The notes beneath the pieces were generated by a model that saw only the letters and a list, made by a program, of their open reading frames with translations, was not told the origin of the DNA and did not search any database. 24,000 bases of DNA from Candidatus Borrarchaeum weybense (GTDB lineage: Archaea > Asgardarchaeota > Sifarchaeia > Borrarchaeales > Borrarchaeaceae): positions 340,535 through 364,534 of the forward strand of contig JAHQJS010000004.1 of assembly GCA_019057385.1 (NCBI GenBank), given 5' to 3'. The position numbers were made by a program, and so were the translations under genes. Positions 15,071 to 23,265 of this stretch are shown piece after piece. How positions within the stretch are numbered: the first letter of the stretch is position 1; every line of letters begins with the position of its first letter.

Positions 15071-16558
15071 TTAAACCGACTTTTGTCTTTCAAGTTTCAT
15101 ACTTAATGTGCTTCCACACGTTGGACACTTGAATTTCTCGGGCCCTACCCAATCTACGCTTTCCTCGCTCAAAGGCGCACCACATTCTGAACAGGTAGTG
15201 GGAACGGTCTTTATTAGTACTACTTCTTCTTTCTTCTCGATGATTCTCTCCTTAATGATCATTCCAGTTGGTTTGGAATTATTCCCTCCCGAAACTGCAG
15301 CTGCAGCTGTAACTGGATCTACGATATCCATATACGCTCTACCAATCTCAATAGTAAGAAGTTCGCTGTAAATAGCAAATTTTTGAGATTTAAAGATTTT
15401 CGGGGCATTAAAAAGAATCTCAGTGGGATTCAAAGAATATAATCCACCAATTGTTGGTGTAACTTTAAAATCAACAGCTCTATACGTTCCAGGACGAATT
15501 CTTTCTATTTGCTTCCCATTACCATTTCCCACTTCAAACTCAGATGGGAAATCTGTTTTGACCTCAATATTAGTAACTTCGAAATCAGATTTATTACGGA
15601 TATCTACCGAAATAAGCCCTTCATGGTCAATATATAACGCCTTAGCTTCTCTTTCTATCTCAATGTTAGGTAAGACGAACACTGGCGTGAGATTGACATC
15701 TGTAGATGTTGGTTGAAAGTTCCCTGCAGTTATTGTTGCTTGTGCACGTATCGCAAATACACCAACATCACCTGAAGGCAGCTCTAAATCTATCTGTTTA
15801 CTTTCATCTTTCTTTAATGCAACTGAAATGTCTTCATTCAAAACAGGAAAGTGTAATTTAAACTCAGTAGGTAATTTTGCTGTAATAGTCAAAGTAAGTG
15901 GGATCTTATTTCCAACTCTAATTGCTTCAACAGTTTCAACATTTATACTTGGTAATACCCTGAGAATGGGAATTCCCATTCTGTTACAAACCGGGCAACC
16001 AGTGTTCACCAAATTTCTGTTACATAATACTGGATGGGCTCCAGCTTGAACCAGTTTCTTCTTGTTCAGTTGATTGAAGACGTCAGCCAGGGTATCTTCA
16101 ACGATTTTTGGCTTTGATTTTGCAGATTCCCACCCACAAGCTACACACATCACTTTATAATCAGGAGCATCTGAGTCAAAGACGCCTCCTTTTTGAAATT
16201 GCGTAAGAACCAGTTGCTTACCACATTGGGGACACAAGGAGTTTAATATAGACTGACATTTAGCATTAGGTGGCGCTGATTGGAATCCTATTCCACAGGA
16301 CGGACAGAATGAAATTTTTTTCGATGCACAGTGTTTGCAAAACACGCCGTGTTCAGGACAGTAAAAGTTAGCGAATTTACCGCAGTGTACGCAAATATAA
16401 TTAGCTAATTTTTCTTTTTTCTTACCTTCTTCTATAAGCAGCATTGAAGCCCTTGTTGTTGGAGTTGGTTTAGAGAGAGAAAATAGTGGTGAACCACAAA
16501 AAGTACAGAATCTTAGACCTTCTCTTAGTGTTCTTCTGCATCTAGGACATGCCGGCAA
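15071..16558 (-). CDS. Multi-Zn-ribbon protein with two central beta-sandwich-like domains and a C-terminal Zn ribbon, 495 aa
   Basis: TTG start at 16558 with a GGAGG 9 nt upstream. The N-terminal ~195 aa contain at least 6 CxxC pairs ('CPRC..CTFC', 'CVHC..CPEH..CKHC..CPSC', 'CPQC', 'CVAC', 'CPVC'). The middle is beta-rich ('LISVDIRNKSDFEVTNIEVKTDFP...RIRPGTYRAVDFKVTP', CARDB/Ig-like pattern). The C-terminal ribbon is C456xxC459...C478xxC481 (nt 15116-15193). Confidence 0.6.
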   Translation of the reverse strand: MPACPRCRRTLREGLRFCTFCGSPLFSLSKPTPTTRASMLLIEEGKKKEKLANYICVHCGKFANFYCPEHGVFCKHCASKKISFCPSCGIGFQSAPPNAKCQSILNSLCPQCGKQLVLTQFQKGGVFDSDAPDYKVMCVACGWESAKSKPKIVEDTLADVFNQLNKKKLVQAGAHPVLCNRNLVNTGCPVCNRMGIPILRVLPSINVETVEAIRVGNKIPLTLTITAKLPTEFKLHFPVLNEDISVALKKDESKQIDLELPSGDVGVFAIRAQATITAGNFQPTSTDVNLTPVFVLPNIEIEREAKALYIDHEGLISVDIRNKSDFEVTNIEVKTDFPSEFEVGNGNGKQIERIRPGTYRAVDFKVTPTIGGLYSLNPTEILFNAPKIFKSQKFAIYSELLTIEIGRAYMDIVDPVTAAAAVSGGNNSKPTGMIIKERIIEKKEEVVLIKTVPTTCSECGAPLSEESVDWVGPEKFKCPTCGSTLSMKLERQKSV

Positions 16559-16594
16559 TATTCTAGTCCTCCAGCTTTTGTTAGTACCACTATT

Positions 16595-16611
16595 GTAGTA
16601 CTACGTATAAA
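16595..16611 (-). promoter_or_regulatory. TATA-like TTTATAC (16605-16611) with the adjacent perfect 10-bp palindrome GTAGTACTAC (16595-16604) upstream of the three-gene operon
   Basis: On the minus strand the palindrome lies immediately downstream of the TATA-like box and ~40 nt upstream of the TTG start. GTAGTA-like half sites recur nearby (16583-16588 'AGTACC', 16622-16627 'GTAGTA'). Confidence 0.3.
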
Positions 16612-16973
16612 CTGACTACCCGGTAGTATTTAAGATTTTTGAGAAAATTCTCCGCACTTTAATTTTAATTATCTCAATCTAGCGAAAAACATGTCCCGGT
16701 GAATATGTAGAATGTAACATCTATTACCAAGGATTTTATTGTACTTCACTTAATTTGCGGCAAATAACTTAATGTTAGATTGCTTAACTGTCGAAACTAT
16801 ACCGATTTATTGACAGATGCGCTTTCGTCTTCAGAACTATCTAGTCAATTAGCTCGAAAAAATCTTTTCCAAAATTTTAGATGTTTATGTCGGACGCAAC
16901 ATTTCTATAGGAGTTATTCAACTCTTAAAATTAGAACTACTATAAAATCAAATATAAAAGAAATTTTGGAGAT

Positions 16974-19946
16974 TTGACAAAAATGGGAGTTTCATCGTAC
17001 TTTTCAGGAAGAAAAATAATTGTCTACGTTATGACGGCGTTTGTCGCATGGTTTGCTTGGCTGGATAATATTATTGACTACTTATATTTCCTAGGTATCT
17101 ACGCAGATACATGGCCTTACTACGATGTCTTCACTTTTCCCGACTTCGCATATAATGTCACGCTTGCACTACCGCTCATCGTCTTTGTAATGACGCTGTT
17201 ACCAGAAGCTGAAAAATGGAAAAATATTTTGCGTACCATGGGTATCATTGTATTAATTACTGCGCTGCTAATGTTAGTATCAACAATAAATTTTGTTTTT
17301 TACAGACCTTTCATTACGGCTGTTGTTTTAATTGTCATTGCAGGGATATTCACACTTCTTAATTATCCGCTTAAGGATAAGACCTTTTGGGGACATGAAC
17401 CTTGGCAGTGGGCAGTTAATTGGTTCGCGTGTGGAGTTTTTTTTGCATTAATTGGCTTTCTGTTACCTCCAGCTGTATTTACTGGGTCTCTTGAATATCC
17501 AGTTCTTATAGGACCTTATGTCTGGGCTCTAGTGTTCGCTGTTGGCGGTATACTAGCACTAATTCTCGGTTTCATCATGCCGGTTGAAACCGGGCTTGTT
17601 GAAGGTTTAATTGTTGGTGTGTTTGGTGCGATAGGTACACTCGCTGGTTTGTGGTTATTCTTCTGGGACACGGAAGTTATACCCCCCGACGGATGGTACA
17701 TTCAAATCTTAGTTCTATTCATAGTTGCTGGATTTGCTGGCGGGTTTTTCAACCAGTTTAACTTCACAAAATATATCATGAATTCGTTTCAAGACTTTAT
17801 CAAGATGAAACTAGTGTTAGCTCTATGGATCGTTGCGTTACTTGGAGCTCTCGTAGCGTATTTTGCAATCGCCATCTATTTCCCAAGTGGCGTTCAAAAC
17901 ATTGTTTTACGACAGGTGCTGATATTTCTCGTTCCGTCACTCATTGTAACACCCATAGCATTTCGTAGCGCCCATTTCTGGCAAGGGCTGCTCATTGGTA
18001 TCACTACGAGCCTTTCATATTTCAGTGCAATCATTCAAGGCGATCCATCTCTTGAGATCATCGGACTTATCGGTTTTCCATTTGTTCCGTTAATTCGCTA
18101 TTCACCTCCAGAGATATCTATCTATATAGTCAATGGTTTGCTACTGGTGTTAGCAGCTCTATGGGGTGGCCTTTGGGGTTCAGTTGGAAACTACTTTACA
18201 ATGGCATATACAGAGATTCCTAAGGAAGGAGATATCGCAAAGAGATTCCGAACAGCATATCTATTTCGTGACCTATGGTCAAACTACTTCATTCACGGAA
18301 AGAACAAAGAAAACGAATTTGAGAAAGCTGAACAATTCAAGTTAGATTTGGATTCGCTGGATCAAGTGTTAGACCTTGATCTAAAACAGACTGACTTACC
18401 AAGATTCGGTGAATACGTTTCTTTTCGCTACATGGACAGAAGTAAGCACTGGGAGACGGTTCCAAAGCCTTTGAAATCGATAGGCGTCCAGCCGATTAAG
18501 GGTTCAGAAAAAGCAAGAGTTGAATACAATAATAAGCACATCGGAGACTTTTATGATCCAAAGGTACTAGCTGACAAATATTCCCCAGTATGGAGTCCAA
18601 TGAATCTAGTATTTCAGCGTACGTTAGTTACCGCGATGCGTCCAATCATTTATGTGCTGTTGGCTGTCACATTGGTACTTGTAGGCTATAGTATCTACGT
18701 TAATTTCACAATAATTGGCGGTGGAATCGAATTTCTAGGACTTGCAGTTACCCAGATAGTTGTTCTTATCTTCTTGTTCTTCTTTATGTTCAAGTGGTAC
18801 GGCTTATTCGAACAAACAGTAAACGAGCGACCAGAAGCTTCATCTAGCTTCTTAATCGTAGCTTTAATCATTGTCGTAATCATGCTGTACATAACCTACA
18901 CGGTTAACAGTCTGGGGACGTTCATTGTTACAGGAGCTAACGAAGATCTGATCCGATTCGAAACTAACGGCCTATATATAATGCTTCTCATAAACTTCAT
19001 CTTAGGCATAGGATCTGTTCAAGTGCTTGGCTCAGAAAACATGAACCTCTATTGGTATGATAAGAGACCCGAAGCTTTTCCAATGCAATCTCAGGAAGAT
19101 GCGCCTGTCTGGCTTAAGGGGGACCAGTATTGGGTCTTTAGAAACCTCTTTTGGTGGCCCTTTGAGCTTACCGTTGGCAGTAAAGGATTGGAGCACGAGG
19201 ACTGGGAAAGGATCGAGTTGTGGGTCAATGCGAATACGGGGAAGCCAGAGTGGATCATCTCAGATTATCATTGGCGCGAACTTTGGTACAGGGTACCAGA
19301 ACTGGATGAAGAAATAATGATTAAGGTCACGTTTGCAACGAACTTCCACACCCCCATACCTTCGGTTCTCCGTAAGGCTACATATGACGCATTTGTAGCT
19401 CAATTCGAGGGTGCGGGAGCAGCGAGTGCGGTAATTAAATATGCAATTGGTGCAGCGAAATCAGGTATCGGTCGAGCGTTTGACTCAATTGGCTCTTCTT
19501 TAGGATTAAAGACTAAGGGCGAAAAGGAAAGAGAAGCAAAAACCACTGATGGAATGAAGGCTCGTACAAAAGTGCTTGGGAAATATTTTGTCGACGTTGG
19601 AGGTCCAGCTAAAGGGATCTGTGGAAAACAAATGGCAGCAACAGACTTTAACTTCTTTAGATATCCTTACGGATGTGCAAGTACTAAGAATGTTGGAACC
19701 GGCAGTGCAATTGATATTAAATACTTTTATAGGGAAAAAGATTTCGTTCCACCAATAAAAGAACCTGGGACGGGATTTAACCTAAAAGCAGAGAAAAAGG
19801 ATGGACTAGGGTTTAAAATATCAGTAGATGAGACAGCACCACAACTATGCATGGATTGTGGAGAACCATACAACGTACTTGAAACTGTAATTTGCCCGGC
19901 TTGTGGCGCAAACAATGAAGCGGCGTATAGAATGCCAATCGAATAA
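16974..19946 (+). CDS. Large polytopic membrane protein with soluble inserts and a C-terminal Zn ribbon, 990 aa
   Basis: aa 1-~410 and ~560-690 are dominated by long hydrophobic stretches, more than 12 predicted TM helices by eye. The soluble C-terminal region carries 'YWVFRNLFWWPFE...GLEHEDWERIELWVNANTGKPEWIISDYHW' (nt ~19128-19274) and the terminal ribbon 'CMDCGEPYNVLETVICPACG' (nt 19848-19904). The ATG at 16983 is an alternative, possibly leaderless, start, with ATATAAAA at 16952-16959. Confidence 0.7.
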   Translation: MTKMGVSSYFSGRKIIVYVMTAFVAWFAWLDNIIDYLYFLGIYADTWPYYDVFTFPDFAYNVTLALPLIVFVMTLLPEAEKWKNILRTMGIIVLITALLMLVSTINFVFYRPFITAVVLIVIAGIFTLLNYPLKDKTFWGHEPWQWAVNWFACGVFFALIGFLLPPAVFTGSLEYPVLIGPYVWALVFAVGGILALILGFIMPVETGLVEGLIVGVFGAIGTLAGLWLFFWDTEVIPPDGWYIQILVLFIVAGFAGGFFNQFNFTKYIMNSFQDFIKMKLVLALWIVALLGALVAYFAIAIYFPSGVQNIVLRQVLIFLVPSLIVTPIAFRSAHFWQGLLIGITTSLSYFSAIIQGDPSLEIIGLIGFPFVPLIRYSPPEISIYIVNGLLLVLAALWGGLWGSVGNYFTMAYTEIPKEGDIAKRFRTAYLFRDLWSNYFIHGKNKENEFEKAEQFKLDLDSLDQVLDLDLKQTDLPRFGEYVSFRYMDRSKHWETVPKPLKSIGVQPIKGSEKARVEYNNKHIGDFYDPKVLADKYSPVWSPMNLVFQRTLVTAMRPIIYVLLAVTLVLVGYSIYVNFTIIGGGIEFLGLAVTQIVVLIFLFFFMFKWYGLFEQTVNERPEASSSFLIVALIIVVIMLYITYTVNSLGTFIVTGANEDLIRFETNGLYIMLLINFILGIGSVQVLGSENMNLYWYDKRPEAFPMQSQEDAPVWLKGDQYWVFRNLFWWPFELTVGSKGLEHEDWERIELWVNANTGKPEWIISDYHWRELWYRVPELDEEIMIKVTFATNFHTPIPSVLRKATYDAFVAQFEGAGAASAVIKYAIGAAKSGIGRAFDSIGSSLGLKTKGEKEREAKTTDGMKARTKVLGKYFVDVGGPAKGICGKQMAATDFNFFRYPYGCASTKNVGTGSAIDIKYFYREKDFVPPIKEPGTGFNLKAEKKDGLGFKISVDETAPQLCMDCGEPYNVLETVICPACGANNEAAYRMPIE

Positions 19947-19951
19947 AAGAC

Positions 19952-19980
19952 TTTTTTTGTCTACTCTTTTTTTTTATTTT
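19952..19980 (+). terminator. Oligo-T terminator after the membrane-protein gene
   Basis: T7 (19952-19958), T9 (19967-19975) and T4 (19977-19980) directly follow the TAA at 19944-19946. Confidence 0.5.
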
Positions 19981-20004
19981 AAAAGAAAAGATGAAGGTTA
20001 AGAA

Positions 20005-20775
20005 ATGACTCAATTGCCTTGGATTATAGCTCACCGAGGAGCGTCAGGTTATTATCCAGAAAATACTCTTCCTTCTTTCTTAGGAGCAGTTGAATTGGGT
20101 GCAACTTGTGTTGAAATGGATATTCAGCCAACAGCAGATAAAAAATTGGTCGTTTTCCACGACAAGACAATGGAACGTATTGTTGGTGTTCCAAAAAAGA
20201 TCACTGACCTATTATGGCAAGAAGTCATCCAATACGATGTAGGACGTTGGAAAGCCCCAAAGTGGGAAGGAACAAAGATCCCGCTTTTTAAGGAAGTCTT
20301 GGAAAAACTTCCACGATCTATGAAATTGAATTTAGAGCTCAAATATTATTCTCCGAAGGATGATTGGTTTGAAGGATCAGTTCTTGAAGTTGCCTTGGAA
20401 TATGATCTTCCCAGTAGAGGATATCTCGCTATCAAACATGTTGAAACCATTTCATTCGTGAAAAAACGGGCACCTGACTGTCCTTTGGGCCTATTACAGA
20501 AAGGAAGAACTCCAAAAGAAACATTTGATCTTTGTTGTAAGTGGGACCTTCCATTTGTTCAAATTAGAAGAACAGCGTTAACTAGTGAATGGATTGATCG
20601 CTTTCATGAACAGGGGATCAGAGTTAATTTCTTTTACTCGGATGACCCCGAGGAAATGAAGCATCTTTTGAAAGATCTCAAAATTGACGGAATTCTAACG
20701 AATTATCCGGACAGGGCAGTACAAGTGTTCCAAGAACTTGGCTTGCCCCTTACAAAATACAAAGATTTCTCTTAG
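20005..20775 (+). CDS. Glycerophosphodiester phosphodiesterase (GDPD family), 256 aa
   Basis: 'IIAHRGASGYYPENTLPSFLGAVELGATCVEMDIQPTADKKLVVFHDKTMER' contains the GDPD HR..ENT..E.D..HD signature. No signal peptide is apparent. Confidence 0.9.
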   Translation: MTQLPWIIAHRGASGYYPENTLPSFLGAVELGATCVEMDIQPTADKKLVVFHDKTMERIVGVPKKITDLLWQEVIQYDVGRWKAPKWEGTKIPLFKEVLEKLPRSMKLNLELKYYSPKDDWFEGSVLEVALEYDLPSRGYLAIKHVETISFVKKRAPDCPLGLLQKGRTPKETFDLCCKWDLPFVQIRRTALTSEWIDRFHEQGIRVNFFYSDDPEEMKHLLKDLKIDGILTNYPDRAVQVFQELGLPLTKYKDFS

Positions 20776-20899
20776 TGTTATACTTCTTTATAATCCCTTC
20801 TGATTAATTCATCATTTTCAGCTTTGAGATCATAAGCTCAATTAGTCATTAATTAGAAAATCTAAAAATCTTTAAGATGAATATGAACACAATTAAATT

Positions 20900-22279
20900 A
20901 TGGAAAAAATACTTGCCTGCATTGATGGGGAACATTACTTGCCTGTCACGAAAGCAGCGATAGAAAAGTTAAATAATTTGCCAGATCAAGAAGTTGTTGC
21001 TGCGTTATTTCTAGGCGGCACCGAAAAAATTGGAGATCTTAATGAAATTGAGCAATATCTGAACTTACCCATTTATTTTCTTGACAAAAAGAGTAATTTC
21101 GAGGCAGTTTTACACAAAATAATAAAGCAGCGCAAGATCAGTTCTGTCTTCGATCTTAGTGGTGAACCCGTAGTGACTTCTCTAGATCGAATGGATTTTG
21201 CGTGCGCCGCTTTATTTGAAGGATGTAGTTATAAAGGCGCAGACTTTCAATTCATCCCCATTGACTTTATAGAGGCTAGAAAACCTGTAATAAGTGTTAT
21301 TGGTACAGGAAAACGAGTTGGGAAAACAGCTGTTGCAGGTTACATCGCACGTGTTATCAAAGAAACGAAATGGACACCTTGCATACTTACTATGGGCAGA
21401 GGAGGTCCAGAAACTCCTGAATTAATCCGAGGCGACCAATTAATTGTCAACGCGGAATCTCTTCTTAAAGTTGCGCGACAGGGCAAACACGCAGCCAGTG
21501 ATTATTGGGAAGATGCTCTAACTAGTAGAGTTATAACGATAGGTTGCAGAAGATGTGCAGGAGGGTTAGCAGGGGCACCCTTCCTGGATAATGTAGAAGA
21601 AGGAGTCAGAACCGCTGAAAAATTAACTATCGATTTAATCATTGCCGAAGGTAGCGGACCAAGTATTCCTCCGGTGATGGCGCAGTCCTTTATTATTGTA
21701 ATCGGTGCACAACAACCTCTTTCTAACGTTAAAGATGTTTTGAATCCCTATAGGATAAAACTTTCCGAACTTGCGATTATAACAAATTGCGAAACTCCCC
21801 TTGCGACTGATGATAAGATTCAAGAAATCTGCACCACTATAAAAGAGATAAATCCAAAGATTAAGATATGTTGTACAACTTTTCGTCCTAAAGTTTTAGG
21901 TGATATACAGAATAAAACTGTGTTTTATGCAACAACAATGCCTATTGAAATGATGAAAACTGTAGTTAACTATTTAGAGCAAAATTACAATTGTAATATA
22001 TTAGGAACAAGTGTGCATCTCTCAGATCGCGCAAAATTGAAGGAAGATCTTAAGAAATTAACTCACGCGGATGTCCTTGTGACTGAATTAAAGGCTTCAG
22101 CTGTTGATGTAGCGACTAAGACTGCGTTTCAGATGGGAAAGCCAACTATCTATTGTGATAATGAACTCCAGATAGTGGAGTATGCTGACGGAGAAATAAA
22201 CTCAATTCAAGAGCTTGATTCGTATCTTATTGAGATCACAAAAAGGATTGTAAAAGGAGGGTCAACTACCCCACCCTAA
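20900..22279 (+). CDS. cpgS: Cyclic 2,3-diphosphoglycerate synthetase, 459 aa
   Basis: Colinear over its full length with my recollection of the Methanothermus fervidus cDPG synthetase: 'IDGEHYLPVT', 'GTGKRVGKTAVAGY', 'MGRGGPE.PE', 'HAASDYWEDALTSR..T.GCRRC.GG', 'EGSG..IPPV', 'TELKA.AVDVATK', 'IYCDN'. The size (~460 aa) also matches. Confidence 0.8.
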   Translation: MEKILACIDGEHYLPVTKAAIEKLNNLPDQEVVAALFLGGTEKIGDLNEIEQYLNLPIYFLDKKSNFEAVLHKIIKQRKISSVFDLSGEPVVTSLDRMDFACAALFEGCSYKGADFQFIPIDFIEARKPVISVIGTGKRVGKTAVAGYIARVIKETKWTPCILTMGRGGPETPELIRGDQLIVNAESLLKVARQGKHAASDYWEDALTSRVITIGCRRCAGGLAGAPFLDNVEEGVRTAEKLTIDLIIAEGSGPSIPPVMAQSFIIVIGAQQPLSNVKDVLNPYRIKLSELAIITNCETPLATDDKIQEICTTIKEINPKIKICCTTFRPKVLGDIQNKTVFYATTMPIEMMKTVVNYLEQNYNCNILGTSVHLSDRAKLKEDLKKLTHADVLVTELKASAVDVATKTAFQMGKPTIYCDNELQIVEYADGEINSIQELDSYLIEITKRIVKGGSTTPP

Positions 22280-22316
22280 AGGGGCGGGGGCTTTCAGAGA
22301 CAGGAGAGGCGAAGTA

Positions 22317-23234
22317 ATGGGAGTCAAACACATAACGATTAAAGCAGATAATTATGATTATCCCTACAGTAGGGGTTTGTTAGCAACACGCATGATGGTA
22401 ACTGGTCTCGACTTAGTTGATGCGTACAAAACAGCTGAAGCAATAGCTTTAGAACTGGAACTGCAGGATATCTGGGAACTTACAGAAGCCAAACTTAATG
22501 ATCTCGTCAGTGATATTCTCGAAAAAGAGGGCAAAATACTTCATGCTACTCGATATCGTAATTTTCTCAAATTTAAGAGTAGGCATGAACCTCTGATTAT
22601 TCTGATTAGCGGTGCTACAGGCATCGGTAAATCTACTATTGCACTGAATTTAGCGGCTCGATTAGCTATTAGTCACATAGTAGGAACTGATACTATCAGA
22701 GAAGTCATGCGTAAAGTATTATCTTCAGAATTAGTCCCTTCATTACATTCTTCCTCGTATGCTGCTCACAAATCTATGAAAGAATATGTAAGTCCAATTT
22801 ACAATAAAGTGATTATAGGCTTCGAGGAACAGGCGAGACTTGTCGTTTCTGGAATTGAAGCTGTGATTGCTCGTGCGTTGACAGAAGGAATAAGCATAAT
22901 TGTTGATGGCGTCCATATATTGCCCTCAATCATGGATCCAAAACTGCTCAAATCACCAAATATTATACCAGTGTTTCTTCATCTTTCAAACGCGGAGGAT
23001 CATATGATGAGATTCCACGAGCGTGCGAAAACGAAGGTAATGAGAAAACCACTTGAGGATTATTTAGAAAATTTTGATGGCATCCGAATAATACAGGACC
23101 ATCTTTTAGAGCAGGCAAGATTACATGGTATCCCGTTAATCGAAAACATGCTAATCGAAACTACCATTAGAAAGATTTTGGATATAGTTTTTGAACGCAT
23201 TGAAAAGCTTATAACAACACCATTAAAAACCTGA
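22317..23234 (+). CDS. 2-phosphoglycerate kinase, 305 aa
   Basis: The N-terminal ATP-cone-like 'YPYSRGLLATRMMVTGLDLVDAYKTAEAIALEL', the P-loop 'ILISGATGIGKSTIA' (nt ~22610-22636) and 'GTDTIREVMR' are typical of the 2PGK family. The gene lies immediately downstream of cpgS, with a GGAGAGG SD. Confidence 0.8.
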   Translation: MGVKHITIKADNYDYPYSRGLLATRMMVTGLDLVDAYKTAEAIALELELQDIWELTEAKLNDLVSDILEKEGKILHATRYRNFLKFKSRHEPLIILISGATGIGKSTIALNLAARLAISHIVGTDTIREVMRKVLSSELVPSLHSSSYAAHKSMKEYVSPIYNKVIIGFEEQARLVVSGIEAVIARALTEGISIIVDGVHILPSIMDPKLLKSPNIIPVFLHLSNAEDHMMRFHERAKTKVMRKPLEDYLENFDGIRIIQDHLLEQARLHGIPLIENMLIETTIRKILDIVFERIEKLITTPLKT

Positions 23235-23265
23235 AGAACATCTCAAACGCAAAGAGGGAACAACT

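Noticed and set aside
13960-16049. Several 69-97-aa plus-strand ORFs opposite the EAP30 and Zn-ribbon genes
   Set aside because: All are antisense to long, motif-supported genes, and none has an SD or recognisable motifs.
16780-16977. 65-aa ORF in the divergent intergenic region
   Set aside because: It has a TTG start without an SD, an unremarkable translation, and overlaps the predicted promoter elements of the membrane-protein gene.
17516-19915. Short ORFs within or opposite the 990-aa membrane-protein gene (17516..17701, 18695..18892, 19057..19317, 19576..19758, 19727..19915, 19813..20034)
   Set aside because: They are alternative-frame or antisense shadows of a continuous 2.97-kb ORF with coherent TM-segment periodicity.
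22281-22290. G-rich run GGGGCGGGGG between cpgS and the 2PGK gene as a possible G-quadruplex
   Set aside because: It has only two G-tracts, which is too few for an intramolecular quadruplex. It more likely just precedes the GGAGAGG ribosome-binding site.
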